NCBI GenBank assembly: GCA_040143965.1
Contig: JASJQH010000019.1
Location: 1 to 49,655, forward strand
Length of the DNA stretch: 49,655 nucleotides
Source of the DNA: Basidiobolus ranarum
Lineage: Eukaryota
Direction: 5' to 3'
In this document: piece by piece, positions 11,139 through 24,943 of the stretch
Layout: every line of letters begins with the position of its first letter
Numbering within the stretch: position 1 is the first letter of the stretch
Program-made: the position numbers and the translations under genes
The notes under the pieces: generated by a model
What the model was told of the DNA's origin: nothing
Database searches by the model: none
Seen by the model: the letters and a program-made list of their open reading frames with translations, nothing else

Positions 11139-11786
11139 ATGATTCAGTTTAAACTTCGGTGGTTATTTACTATCCTCTATGTTGCTCTTTACGTAGTCGC
11201 ACAAACGATTGACGAAGAATTTGCTTCAGATATAGAGAATGCGGATAATAGAAGTCGTATTAATGCAGTGAACTCTGAGGATTTTAGACCAAGGCATGGA
11301 TCTTTCGACAATGCGGAGGAAGAAGAAGAGGAGGACGAAGAGCTGGAAGGTATCAGAGATGATGATTCTTTCGTACGTAATCGTAAGCCTGCTCCACGTA
11401 AAGAAAAAAGTGTAAAACCAAACCGTAGACCAATTGTAAATGCTACCAGGAAGAAAAGGATAAACCGTCTACCATCCACTGGTATAGAGAATTCACGAGG
11501 TTCTGCTCGTAAGCGACCCAGTCAACCAGATCAAATACCTCGGCCTGAGCGTAAAGATGACCGTAGAAAGAAAAAACAACAGCTGGACACCAATACAGAA
11601 GAGTCGGAATCATCAGATCTAGATGAAACTGAAGAGCCTGAAGATATAGAAAACTCAAAACCGACGTTCGTCAACACACCTATCAACGACCCAAATGCCT
11701 GTATAGTTGTGGCTTTAAACAACGGTGCTGCCTGCCTTGACCCGAAGTCTTTTGGGAAAGGGAACAAACCATTGCCTTCACCATAA
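11139..11786 (+). CDS. Secreted charged low-complexity protein with C-terminal two-Cys motif (paralogue B)
   Basis: ATG at 11139, signal peptide MIQFKLRWLFTILYVALYVVA, acidic then basic tracts, and C-terminus FVNTPINDPNACIVVALNNGAACLDPKSFGKG. Confidence 0.8.
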   Translation: MIQFKLRWLFTILYVALYVVAQTIDEEFASDIENADNRSRINAVNSEDFRPRHGSFDNAEEEEEEDEELEGIRDDDSFVRNRKPAPRKEKSVKPNRRPIVNATRKKRINRLPSTGIENSRGSARKRPSQPDQIPRPERKDDRRKKKQQLDTNTEESESSDLDETEEPEDIENSKPTFVNTPINDPNACIVVALNNGAACLDPKSFGKGNKPLPSP

Positions 11787-12036
11787 CTAAACAACTGGGT
11801 CACCCTATCTACAGAATACTCCTATACCTTGTGTAATACTAAAATATCCGCTACTTCTACACTATATCCCTTCAATAAAAGTATTTGTTTTAAGATTAAC
11901 TTGGCTTGGCTTTTGAAGGGAACTAAATAGGTTTATTATAGAGAAAAGGTAGAGCAAATGAGGTTAGTGCCGGGCAGTAAACAAAAATATATGAACAAAT
12001 GGCTATGGGTAAGATGCTTTTAACAAAAATACTAGT

Positions 12037-15000
12037 CTATTCATCGAACTCGATCAGGTCGTTTTCAATTAGTTTTTCAATAAATGGCATGTCTGGCTCA
12101 TTTAGTGAGTATGTATCTTGATAAACATGCAGGCTGACATACTTTACGAAAAAGCTTAGTTCACTTGCTTTGGTGATCTTTCTCATGCACAACATTGGTT
12201 TTTTGCTCTGGGAATTTTTGGAAGTTAACTCGGTGACTTGGGTTAATTCCTATAATATAGAGATTGGAATAAATAATTGTGTCTATTCATTGTGTGCTTT
12301 TTGGCCTACCTTAGCGGCGGTTTCTATAGAGTTATCTGAGATTTTGGGATCTATCTTTTCTAACAATCCATATGAGGCGGCCGAAACCTTCGATACATCT
12401 ACACCATCAGTGATGAAAATCCATTGATGTCTGTATAGAACGCGATTGTTAATGAACTCTATTTGTTTTATCAAATACGGGTTATTTTACAATCAAAAAG
12501 AAACTTACATTTGAAAGTCGTCAGTGCCGAGAGTAAAAACTAGATCTAAAAATTTGCATGCGGCTAACATCAGGTCACATTGCAACGAATTCTCCACCCC
12601 TTTTTGGCGGAACATTTCGAATAAACGGATCTGTGTGGACCGTAAGGCGTAAGAATCAAACAATGGTTAAGCTCGGGTCCTTTACGGCTACTTACCAATT
12701 CAGTCAGCAATACGGGCCAAAAGTTTGTAAGATGGCGGTGCGAGATTCTAACGAGGAGCACTCGTAAACATAAATATATCTAGGTAATCACAATAACATG
12801 GGTTTTCAGGTCAATTAAGGAAGCCGATAGGTTTTTTTTCGGAATGTGAAATGTACCTCTACGTGGACCAACTCCTCAACATTTGATTTTACCAACTCTA
12901 CTAGTTTCTCTTGAATAGTTGGAAGTATAGCAAGATATTGGTCATGCGTGCCAGAAAATATGATAAATGAGAGACGACGGAGCATTTGCACTCTATTCAA
13001 CATCTCCTGTTCTTTGCTGCTGAATAACGCGGAGGGAGATGCGGTAATTTTACCTATCATGTTAAAGTATGAGTAACCCGAACTAACATCCGTCTAACTG
13101 TTATATCATGTGTACCCAAAACTTCGGCGAAGCGTTCTTTTTCGTAAGAAATTACTGATTGTATCACTTTGCTCCATTTATGAGAAAGTTCAGGATGCAA
13201 CGGGAAGAATTGCATGTCCATAAAGTAATCCCACACTTCTTTTCGCCAGATTTTGTATGTAAATGGTATTCTGTTGGCAGCTAAAATGATATCAAGCACG
13301 GGCTCCATGTAGTGACCACAGCTACAAGAGACATTTAAGCATTAGATGGAAATCTGAAGTCATTCATGGTACTATGTTACCTAGTGGGGTTCTTGAGTAT
13401 CGGTGAAATGATGTAATAAACTAGATTAGAAAAGATGGTGGTAATTCTATCCTGTTCGTGGAGAATACTGTTAAGATTGGGCAAAACGAAAGTCGCAATA
13501 TACTCCATGATCTAGGTAGATTAAGGTGAGTGAAGTGATGGTATTGACAGCAATGAGAAAGAATACATTTTGGAATATCCGAATCTCTTTCTCCTTTAAA
13601 TACTGTTCAGTCTCTTCTGGAATCTTGTCGCTTAAATCTCTGGAGAATTTTTTCTGAAGTATTTGAACTAGGAAAGAGTTTAGCTAGAGAACGAAGTAGT
13701 GCTAAGCCGAGGTTTACATACGTTGATATTGATCTATCAATTCATCAGACTCTCGAGTGGATTTTCGAGACCACATTCCTAGACTAAACAACTTGCCAAC
13801 CAGCAAAATAGCGTAATCAAGAATGCGCTGGTATACATCCTGCCCGAATATTTGTTGGTTATTTATGGGAAACTGCCAAAAAAATAGAAGTGTTATTTAC
13901 TCGAGCCTCACGGTGAACCTTGCGCTCCGAGATGTCAGAAGGAGAGAGTTTCAAGTACACAGTAGTCAGCAATCTACGATACCAAAGTAGGTGATTATTT
14001 CTTAGTAACCAGCAGAAGGAAATTGAGATTACCTTAGGATGTAGGGGAATACATATTTGTGTCCAGATGCATTGTGAAAGTACTCTCTAGCAAACCGAAT
14101 ACAATAATTCCAAATGTCGGCAGATGAGTCGGTATCCAATTCAATTTGACAATAGAACTCCAGATATTTAAGAATAGCCAGACCGTTTAGTTCCGAAAAG
14201 TCCGTGGGCTTCTTTCCCTTCTGCGACATTGCTGCTCGCTTTCTAATACTCTCCAATAACGTGGGGATAACAAAGTCAGGCCTGGCCTTTGGTACAGATC
14301 GAAAGAGCTCAATGCTAGTATTGTCAACAAGAACAGTCTTTTCCTGTCAGAAATAAGCCGGGTATCGTTAGATGCTAATCCACTTCATACAGGAATGAAT
14401 ATAAAGACGAGATATAAAACCAACCTCAGCTGTAATCACAGAAAGATTGTTCAGAATCCATATTGCGACGAAAGCTTCAGATACTTCGATTGGTTGAATG
14501 GTATACAGCCGAATGAGAAACGTTCTTAGGCAGTTGCAAATCTTATTTTTCTGTGTATCCACCATCGACTCAAGTCTCCCACTGCTTTCGCCGTCCTTAT
14601 GTAGATAATTCTGACGGACGACCAACCAAGTACTATACAATATGTCATGGATATTGAAAAACTTCTGAAGTATAACCTCGCGCAACTAAAAAGCTTATTT
14701 CGTTAGAATTCACCTGGCTTTTACTAGTAAATTAGCCACATGAATGGGATGTAGAACTGGGTTACCTTATGCTTGGAATTTGAAGTAGTATTGTTACTAA
14801 ATTGGTACGGCGAATCCCAAAATTCAATATACGGCTCTCTATTTTTCGATTTGTACAACCTCTCCCAAGCCACAGATCCATTTAGCGCGTAAATTGTAAT
14901 CTTATCAAGCCCTTCTAAAAGCCCAGTAATTTGCTCACTGTACGAATACCCCTCCGATGGACGGTTGATTTCGCTTGATGGCTTCGATCCCTGGATATCA

Positions 15001-18000
15001 GTAATGATGATGGTGATCTGGGAACAGATACAGTTTACCAGTGCATCGACAATTTGGTCTGAGGACTGGTCGATGGAGGGCAATGTGACCACGATAAAGT
15101 GAAGCCAATCGTAGATGATACTTGAATCAGAAAGTGTAGAAATAGCTTTCACCATTACATTGATGAACGTAGAGAGCGGATCAAGAGATGTACGGTCAAC
15201 CGTCTTGGGAGTATCCGATAAATGATGTGCAAAACCACTAGGCTCTACAAAATCATCAAAATAATCGTCATCCGTTTCGGTTCGCACAGGTGGTGCGTGA
15301 GAAATCGATGGCATGGCTGTGGGCTTTTTAGCAGATTCTCGGGATAAAGGGGCTAGGTTTAGAGTGATGTAAAGCAGCGGTAGTAAGCAAGCTTGAAGTT
15401 CGGAATTCCTTTTGTCAATGGCGTACAAAAGTTTTCCAAATAGAGTGTCGCGAATAGTACAGACAAGGTTTGCATCTTTCTCACTTGCATGACTGACGAA
15501 AAGAAACAGATTATCTGTACAAGCACGCTGGATATCATAGTTGAGATGATGCACATGCTCGGGGTATTCCGAAGAAAATTCACTTTGTAAAAAGCGAAGT
15601 GAAGAGTCCACAACGACTTGTAGGTATGAGGTATGCTTGGAATTCTCTTTTGCATCAATCAGCCCCTTCGAACGCTCGATGAGAGTTTCATTTTGGATTT
15701 CAGTATTTCTAAGAACTCTTAAGAAAGCGGATCCGCCTAATTTCCATAGCATTTTTATGCAATGGAATCCATATGCAACTTGTGCTTCGTCAAAGCGACC
15801 TCTATATTGGTAAAATTGGAAGGTATGATGTTCACTGGGCTGATCGTAGGAACTCCAAGATAAATATGGATCAAGTAAAACCATAGTCAGAATTTCTAAA
15901 AAACTGTTTTGGAAGTGGTCAGATTGTTAGGAAACATGACCAGAGAATTGAGATTGCTTTATCTTCGGTACCTTTGATGAAGTTCTTGATGTGCAAACAC
16001 ATGTGAGCGAATCCAACTCTGGGCAACCCGAGAAATCCTAGGCTCATCGTCTTGAAGAGATCCTAACACTATCAGAAGAGAGCGTGCAAGAACGAAATGA
16101 GACTCTTTGTGATTTACTAAAGCATCAGCAGAAGGAATATGATGTGAGTGGATGATATTTGTACGTTTCATACAATAATAAACTTTACATGAATGGCTCC
16201 AGAATACACTGAAGATCTCAAAAGCCTTAATACGAAGCTCAATGGGTTGAGGAGTCAACAACTTGGTAACAGCATTTGGCAGACAATGTTCACTGGATAG
16301 GCGGTGCGACATCCAGATGAGTTCCACAATTCGTTCGTGTTGCCAAACGTGATCCGGAGTAAGGAACTCCCAAAGCTAATTAAGGAAGAAATTAATGCGG
16401 ATTTTCTTTAGATGAACAGAACTCCAAGAAGACTCACTTCATTAACAAGTCGCTCCAAAAACATGTCTTTTTGAACTTCGGCTTCATTTGTGAATCTACT
16501 ATCTTTGACTACTTTATACAAATAAGTGAAAACGGTATCCAATAGTAGAAGATCCTGAGCCTGAACATGTAATGGTTTAGTAAGAGCAAAGTATCAACCA
16601 TAAATAACGAATGTATTTGGAATGTACCTGAAGACAAAAGGTTTTGATCTTTTGTAAATGCTCGATGAAAATATGATCCACAACAGAACTCTTGGTGGAT
16701 TTTTCCGATGAATCAATGTCCATACCGTTGATAATAGTCAGACTCAGGGTTGAGAGTTCCTTTAACAAAGGAGCAAATTGTTGTGGCACACCAAGCGGAT
16801 TGTCTCCATCTTCATTAGATTGACGAAGTTGTAGACAGATTTCCAGACCAGAGGTGTACGAATGGTGTATGTAATCCAAAGCTATACTAGCTAATTCTGA
16901 GCCTCCGATCGCTTCGAGATCATCCTCATTACGACCCTCATGGTATAGTTTTTCCGCGAATGCAACAACATCATCGTTGATTTTAAGAGAACTCCTAGTT
17001 GAGACGAGAGGAGATTTCGATTGTTTTTTGTCTTCTCCTTCCCCATCCACTACGTCGCCACTTGATAAGCCACCGTTAAAAGCCACTTCGCTAAATTGGT
17101 CAGGAGACATATTCTTCACAAGTGATAAACAAGCCTCTAGAATAGCTCGCATACGAGGGAGACGTTCAAGATATTTCTCCGAACTTTGACTGTCCTGTTG
17201 AAGATAAATCAATAAATAAAATTCAGGCTCTCGACATCAAGAATGGCTGGCTACCTTGAGACTGTGCAAAAGAAGCGAAAGGAAAAGTGGAAAATGTATA
17301 CGCAAAGTTTCAGCATCGCCGAATGACACATAGTTCACAACAAAATCAATCAAATTTAAAATCTAGAGGCTCATTAGTTCGGAGTGGCTGGCAAAATAAA
17401 ATAGAAAAATACGAACCGAGTTGGTGCTCATGTCGCTGGTCATTGATGTGTACAGCGTTGACCAGAGCAATCGAGGCTCGACCATACTTATGAACATGTT
17501 GGCTGTTTGGTAGAGCTAAACTGCACGTTAGTACCAGACCGAAAGCATCATTAACATATACTCTACCTCAGACTCGTGATGCCCGCCATCGTAGTGCTTT
17601 TTCAAGGAAGATAGTATATCTATTAACAAATCGCGAACAATTGGATAGCCAATCTCCCATTTGTCCATCAGAGATATCAATATCTTGTAGGGACGTTGTA
17701 AATCGATTACATTTGCGCTTTCCAAGAAGAACATCTCCTATAAAAACATTTAGTACAAGCCTACTGCCACTAGCTATGATACATACCCTCATGGCAGAAA
17801 GTAGTGTTTTCTTCGTGTATGCTTCAAAGTATTCCTGTTGTTGCTTTTGCTCTCCAGGTCCTAATGAGAAATAAATTTCAGAGGTATATCTCACATGAGA
17901 ATGCTCAGCTCCTCCCTTACCTAGCAGCCATGAATATAGTCTTCGATTTAAAGACATGTCCTTTCGCAGTACGACACCAATCGCGTGGGACATTAGAATC

Positions 18001-19194
18001 TTCAAATTCTCTTCCTCAAATATCCTAAAATTTCATTGTGAATAAGCTGATCCCCATGACAGTTATGTAGGCGTGATATTTACTGAGATTGTAAAGGAAA
18101 TCCATTAACTAGAACTTCAAGAATTCCTCTTTGAACTAGAATATCTTTATCATCTAAGGTAGCGGACAAAGCCCGTACCATCAGACCGGTGTCGCTTCCA
18201 AGTAAGAATGCGACGTCTATCTCGATTGTAACGAAAAAGCCTCGTTAGCGCAATCGTTGATTTGTGAAGTTTTAAATGGACTATGATACCTTCTAACGAT
18301 ACGATTTTTGGCATTCTTTGAGATAAGAAATTAATGGCGCACCATCTCAACGGAGGAGCAGAAATCAAGCATAGCCACATAGCTTGGTAGAACGATGCAG
18401 GCCCAACTACATTATTCAATTTATCCAACAAAGCCACGACCTGGAACGAATGTTTAAACACGGATTCATCAGTAGAGTCTAAAGAACAACGTTGACTACC
18501 TTTTCAAACAATTCTGTGCGTTCTTCTTCCAATCCAGGAAGTAATGCTAATATGAAACTTTTCAAACAAGGGCTGAGACTTTTCCCCAAGGGTAAATAAT
18601 GCTTTTCGAAAATTTTAAGCAGTTGCGTCTGCAGAATGAGAATTGTTTCAAATGGTTAAGTATACACCCTCAAAGTACATTTCTTTCAAATAAACAAACC
18701 TTGACAGAAGTAGAGGCATTCTGCAAGAATGGGAATAAACCATATGAATACAAGTGTAAATCCTCTTCGAGTTGACCACCCTATGGAAAGGATTTGAAAC
18801 ATTAATTGAGTGAACCTGCAATCACATCAAGAGGAGATGGAATACATACTCCGATGCTTTGAAAAATGTACTCATAGACTTCTAGTGTTTTCTGATGAAC
18901 GCCAGCTGGAAGCGCAGGGTTGAGGCATTGCGCAAGACGCTTTGCTACCACAAGCTTGTGAGGAACAAAGGCGTATTGTGGATATGCTTGGAATGACTTG
19001 AGTATCGGTTAGTTCTTACATACTAGGCTAATCATCAGCTTGTTCTTTAACTGAAATCCATCACTTACTTTCAGAAGTCTTCCCAAAAAAGCTATTACGT
19101 CTGCCCATTCATTAACAGATTCAAATGAATTAAGAATTCTTTCTACAAGCAATATGTATTTGTGATATTTGGAGTCTAGTTGCTGTTGCTCCAT
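12037..19194 (-). CDS. DOP1: Dopey family protein Dop1 (many exons)
   Basis: Dopey_N motifs FESVNEWADVIAFLGRLLK, KRLAQCLNPALPAGVHQKTLEVY, LLPGLEE, VLRKDMSLNRRLYSWL. C-terminal motifs YKIWRKEVWD, LRRLSFIIFSG..DQY...LPTIQEKLVE, FWPVLLTEL, ACKFLDL, QWIFITD. Stop at 12037-12039. Confidence 0.93.
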
Positions 19195-19601
19195 AGTGAC
19201 GAAACGCTAAATATGAAATGCTAAATACACCTATTCAATTGACCTCACACAATTCCAAGAGAACCACTATAATATAACACCAAGATATTGAAGTAAATCA
19301 AGTTACTCTAAATAGTACATATAATCAACAGGCTCCAATACTGAGGTTCCAATACTGAAATTCTCTACGTCACAGGTAGCCAGAGAGTGCATTAATTTAA
19401 TCCAATTTATGAGACCTAGAGTGTCTAACTATCCACAAATTCAATCAACCACTAATTAACATGTTTTAAAAATCATTCGTGATTGGTAGCTAATTGAATC
19501 ACAAAGCTGATGGACAGTTAAAAGTTTTGTTCATAAGGGAAGGGAAGTTCCCTCTCCTCCCTAGTTACTCCTTTAGGGCTCTTATTTCAATTACAGATTA
19601 T

Positions 19602-19672
19602 GTAAGTGTTCATCCATTTAGTGATCCATCCATCCGTTTCTCTGCTTACTAACGCAATTCCATTTACAATAG
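19602..19672 (+). other. 5'-UTR intron of RPS2
   Basis: GTAAGT donor, TACTAAC branch point and TAG acceptor three bases before the ATG at 19676. Confidence 0.7.
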
Positions 19673-19675
19673 CAA

Positions 19676-20512
19676 ATGGCTGATTCTGCACCGGCCGATA
19701 GTCGTGGACGCGGTGGTTTTGGACGTGGTCGTGGTGGACGTGGACGTGGCCGTCGTGGTGGTCGCAAGGATGAAGAAAAAGAATGGTTAGTGAAGCAATT
19801 TCTTATTATATGTCGTCATAGAGATTAGTACTAAATCGACATCTAAAGGGTTCCCGTTACCAAGCTTGGTCGTCTCGTAAAGGATGGAAAGATCAAGTCT
19901 ATTGAACAAATCTATCTTTTCTCCCTCCCTGTCAAGGAATACCAAATCATCGACTATTTCCTTCCCAGCCTCAAGGATGAAGTTATCAAGATTATGCCTG
20001 TACAAAAGCAAACTACTGCCGGTCAAAGAACCCGTTTCAAGGCCTTTGTTCTCATTGGTGATTCCAACGGTCATGTCGGACTTGGTGTCAAGTGCGCCAA
20101 GGAAGTCGCTACTGCTATCCGTGGTGGTATTATCCTCGCCAAGCTTAGCATCATTCCTGTCCGCAGAGGTTATTGGGGTTCTTCCCTCGGTATGCCTCAC
20201 ACCGTCCCTGCTAAGGTCACTGGTAAGTGTGGTTCTACCGTCACTCGTCTTGTTCCTGCTCCTCGTGGTACTGGTATCGTTGCTGCTCCTACCCCCAAGA
20301 AGGTCTTGCAATTGGCTGGTATCACCGATTGTTACACTACTGCCCGTGGTTCTACCCGTACTTTGGGTAACTTCGTCAAGGCTACATTCGCTGCTATTGG
20401 TAATACCTACACTTTCTTGACCCCCGATTTGTGGAATGAAACTCAGTTCTCCGTTGGTCCTTATCAAGAATTCTCTGACTACTTGAGCAAAGCTAACAAG
20501 GTCAAGTATTAA
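19676..20512 (+). CDS. RPS2: 40S ribosomal protein uS5 (S2), 2 coding exons
   Basis: RGG-rich N-terminus, [13 protein letters not shown] across the intron, [30 protein letters not shown], and strong codon bias. Confidence 0.97.
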
Positions 20513-20801
20513 GCTGAGCTTTTAGCTTTGGTTAATGTTGCTAATGGAATTCAAAATAAACAATTGAAACCCAATTACAAACTATATGAAACTGTGTCTA
20601 TCACCAACTCTAGTATTTGCTACATCTGTCAATATCGAGAGCTTCTTAGAATACCAATTGTTATAATATTTATTGCTTTTTTCTAGGACTAGATTTTAAT
20701 AATGTGTCAAAACTTGGTGCCTAATTGAGTAAATTACCATATAATATATCTAAAAGGAACATCATCTGTTTCAAAGAGTTTAGGCGCGTAGGTGTTTGAG
20801 A

Positions 20802-22387
20802 TTAATGTTTCTTTCTTCCGGTTCTTCTACGTGCTTGATTAGGATTCTTCTTACCATACCCGATAGTTGGCATACCATTACTATCGCGTCCTGCGCCAGA
20901 GATAAGCTTAGGAATGTAGTCAGGATCGAACACATCGATAGTGTCCTTCTTTCTGCTGAACTTCAGAGCCTTTTCATATTCACGTTGATCTTCTCTGAGA
21001 ATAATGTTGTTGGATTTTTTGCCGCTCTTAGGCAATGGTATGGAAAACTACATAACGATGGTTACGATGAGAATGAAACACTTTCAAAATGCGTACGAAT
21101 ACGATGCATACCTGTGTTCCACGGTTGTTATATTGAAAGTTCTTCTTTAAGTAATATCTAACATTTCCAAACTCATCTACACTGGTAGAGGTTCTCATGA
21201 GAGTACTATTACCACAGCTAGGGCAGAACTTCTTCTCCATGTTAGTAGTGACCCTATGGAAGATCAGTTAGCTCAAAAGACATGTGACATAGATTGAATC
21301 ATGTAGTAGTTACTTGAAACAGGCGTGGCAACGCAAGACCCAAGTTTTAATTCTCTTGATGAGAATACCATCGATTGAGATGAGTTTTAATCCTTGTTGT
21401 AATAGAACATTCTGCGCAAAACAAAGGGAGTCAAAATGTGATTTCATGGGTCTTTGAGAAGTAAAGTTTGTACTTACTTGCATGGCGAAATCAGTGGTGA
21501 TACAGGCAACCTTGATCGGTTCCTCGACAGTCTCTTCAGGCTTAATAAATCCAGCATCAGCACGCTTGAACTTGGCAATGTTATCAGGAGTGATCCAGCC
21601 TTCATCATCATCTTCTTCTTCTTCAACTGGTTGAGCCTCTGAGGCAGGAACCTCTGAAGCCTCATTGAGGTCAACCTTCTCCGTCAATTCTGATAATTCA
21701 GCATCAATATTTTCATCTTCAACAGCTTGACTTACGTCTTCAGAATTTTCTTCGGTTTCTATGACAAAAACTAAGTATTCTGGCAATAATTGATAGCTTA
21801 CTAAGTATTAATACCATTGGTTTCTGTAGGTTCCTCAGCTTCTGGTGATTCCTCTTCAGGCTTGGGAGTATAAATCTTGCCTTTTTGAGTCTCTGCCTGT
21901 TTGGATAAAAATTGCGGTCAGAATGTGTTCACAGAAAAATATCCAGATGATATAACATACTCTAACAGGTTCGGTTCTCAAATGTTCAACACCAACTTCT
22001 TCCTTTTCAAACATATAAGCGAGAGCCAAAACTTTAAGATCTACCGCAGACAAAGTGGCATAATCACCAGTCTTTCTGGAAAAGGATGCAACTAAGAGAG
22101 AGGAGAAAACATCAATAAATGATAACCACTAGCAAACTCTAATATGGCCATTACTAACCCGCATGAAGGGCTTCATCTGATGGAATTCTAACTTTAAGGT
22201 CAAAAGGAAGCTGTGCGAGTAATAGACGGGATTGTTTATCTCTGATTTCAGCGAAAACTTCGGGAATGGTATAGAAATGATCGGCAAGGTGACGAATCTT
22301 GGCCCCCTTGAGGATTGGACCGGAATCGACAATCAGATAGTTCACTTTTTGTGGCTCTTGAGGGAGTTCGTTGTTTGAAAAACTCAT
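20802..22387 (-). CDS. NOB1: 20S pre-rRNA D-site endonuclease Nob1 (multi-exon)
   Basis: PIN domain LIVDSGPILK...YTIPEVFAEIRD, KTGDYATLSAVDLKVLALAY, GWITPDN, TTDFAMQNV, zinc ribbon LRCHACF...FCPSCGN, and C-terminal GYGKKNPN. Confidence 0.95.
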
Positions 22388-22481
22388 ATTAATGAATATC
22401 AAGAAGACTAACTACTGGACTTCGAAATGATATTTACGATGATATTTCTTTTTTTTTACTTTTACGCTCAGCTATACAATT

Positions 22482-22490
22482 TGAAAAATT
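22482..22490. promoter_or_regulatory. RRPE-like element (TGAAAAATT) upstream of NOB1
   Basis: Matches the yeast RRPE core about 95 bp upstream of a ribosome-biogenesis gene. The motif is short and AT-rich, so it could be chance. Confidence 0.3.
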
Positions 22491-22640
22491 CCATCTGGAG
22501 ATGTGAGACCAAGTTTTTTTTATGAATATTGTAAAATTATCGAGTGTATAAAAAAGGAAATCAGATTCATCAAACACCATCAATTTCTCGGCAAAGTAAG
22601 TATTTATTATGCGAATGTGAGAAGATGACCAAGGTAATAT

Positions 22641-23775
22641 TTAATGTTCGACTACATGGAATTTGCCATGTCTGTCAATCACTGGGAAGCTAACTTTTAC
22701 TAAATCCTCGCCAGAATTGGAGCTCAATCCGGCGGTAATGACTTCACCAGCTTTAATAGGTCCAACACCACTAGGAGTTCCGGTGAGAATAACATCCCCG
22801 GGCTCAAGCTTCATGATGGTTGAGACGTGCTCGATCAGTTTGGGAATACTGAATCAAGATTAATAAATTGATGAATGGAAGCAACGAATAAAGAATTGAA
22901 CAAATTAATACCTGAAGATCATATCCTTAGTGTTACCGACTTGTCTTTGTTCGTTATTAACCTATATCAACATAATATTAGCCTCGTCTTGGCAAATACT
23001 ACTTCTGTACAGGTCAGTTACCTTCAACCACAAGTTCACGTTTCCGGAATCGGGAATCTTGTTTTTGGCGATAAAGTCACTTCGAATGTGATATTAGTTA
23101 CGAGTTAGCTCTGAAGCGGCATTTATGTAGCTTGTATTTACCTGATAGGTGTGAAAGTATCGAAACCTTTGGCAGTACTCCAAGGAAGTCCCTTCTTCTT
23201 GGCATGCTCCTAAAATAATGCTGCAATTAAAAAACTACTCAGGATGGTTCATTTGGTATAATTCAATTTACCTGAAGGTTGCGGGCGGTTAAATCAATAC
23301 CCAAAGCGTATCCTGTAAAACCATTAACTTTGAGAACATTCCGATAATTGCTTATAAAAGGACATTTTACCAGCAATATAATGGTCGGCGTGGGTTGCTT
23401 CAATATCACGTCCTTCTTTTCCAATAACTACAGCTAGTTCGACTAATAATCGATTAACACATGTTAAGTAAAACTAAGATACGAAGAAAGTGCATAAAAA
23501 TATAGGTATTGAAATGTTACCTTCATGATGAACAGTACATCCTTTGGGGATTTCGATAGATCCAGGTTGTACCAAATATGAAGAAGTAGGCTTTAAGAAA
23601 AAGAAAGGATGAGAAGGAACTTGATTTCCCAGTTCTTTGGCGTGCTCGCTATACAGAAGTAAAAAAGTGTTATTGATATCTCTTTCAGCTAGACCAGTAT
23701 CCAAATACTAAAAGCTCACCTATAGTTTCTTCCAATAGCTACAATCTTTTTACCGATGCTTGCGAATTGACGCAT
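22641..23775 (-). CDS. Fumarylacetoacetate hydrolase-domain protein (FAHD1/Fmp41-like), 8 exons
   Basis: Spliced: [83 protein letters not shown]. Confidence 0.93.
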
Positions 23776-24943
23776 TCTAAGTGACCTGTTGTTTAGTTCA
23801 AATAAGAGTATGATAGCTTCCCTTTAAACTACATCTTTGACGTGAGAATTTCCTCAGTATGGGGATTCTCGAAATCATGACGTTTTAAAAAATCAATGGG
23901 GTTCCTACTGTATGGATGGCTTGGTTTTGTAACGTGACTTCCATTCAATGATTTGATATAGGGCCAAACCACATGCGCATATGTGTATATTAACGAGTAT
24001 TAGTGAATGTTTATTCAGAGTCTAGGCAGCTGGCGAGAGCTGAATATGAGAGATCTGACTCAGAATTACTATTTTTATTTTTAGCCATTTGTTTGATCTA
24101 TTCAAGAATAATTACTACTAGAACACTTTGGTTTCTTAACCCTCTCCCCTGATACTACCCCTATACTGCCTCTATCCTATCACTAACCCTACTGTACAAT
24201 ACGAATTAATTAGACAGTTGACATTGACCACCAAATCCTTCGACCAACGTTCCATCAAAAATTATCGACCTTCTATTGATGACACAGTGTTATTTACTTG
24301 TACAAGTATTGGAGAGATATATGCAAATTCCCACTGACAAAGAGTAACCAATTTCTTCGCGAAGTAAGCCAATAATAATGGAGAACTACATTACCTTCAA
24401 CTCTTAATGACGTTTCCGCTTACAGGTATTTCCTAAACTAGAGGTGCTTCACCAAGTTTCTTTAAAAGATCATGTTACTCGGTTGACTTTGTGTAAAGAT
24501 ATAAACTCGCTATGTTGCAGTTAATGTTCGAGAGAATATGCGTGTACTTGTATGTAGCGACAACATGGAGGAAGCACGGACACGGTTGTCACGTAACTCA
24601 TGGTAATTTCCTCGTCAAATATATACTTTCTGTTCATCAGTATGGATACAAATCAACTCTGGTGTGTTTTGTCCTACATGTGTTTAACTGTATGTTGCAC
24701 TTTGTATCATAGAGAGATATGATTAATTTTGACTGATTAAATACATGATTGGTTTTATATGTGTGGGGTGAGGGATATAAAAGCGGGTGGTCGATTAGAA
24801 ATTTTTTCATCTTCATCATTGTATTGTACTATACACGTTAGTTATCTATACTTTTTTAAAGAACCGAACTATATATTTTACAAACCAATTTCTTATTTTT
24901 CTAAACGCACACGCCAGTCCTCTATATTAATAGTTACTTCAAC

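Noticed and set aside
19787-20467. 226-aa antisense ORF over RPS2, and similar antisense ORFs over TAL1, TSR1 and the permease
   Set aside because: Expected by-product of strong codon bias, with no recognisable motifs.
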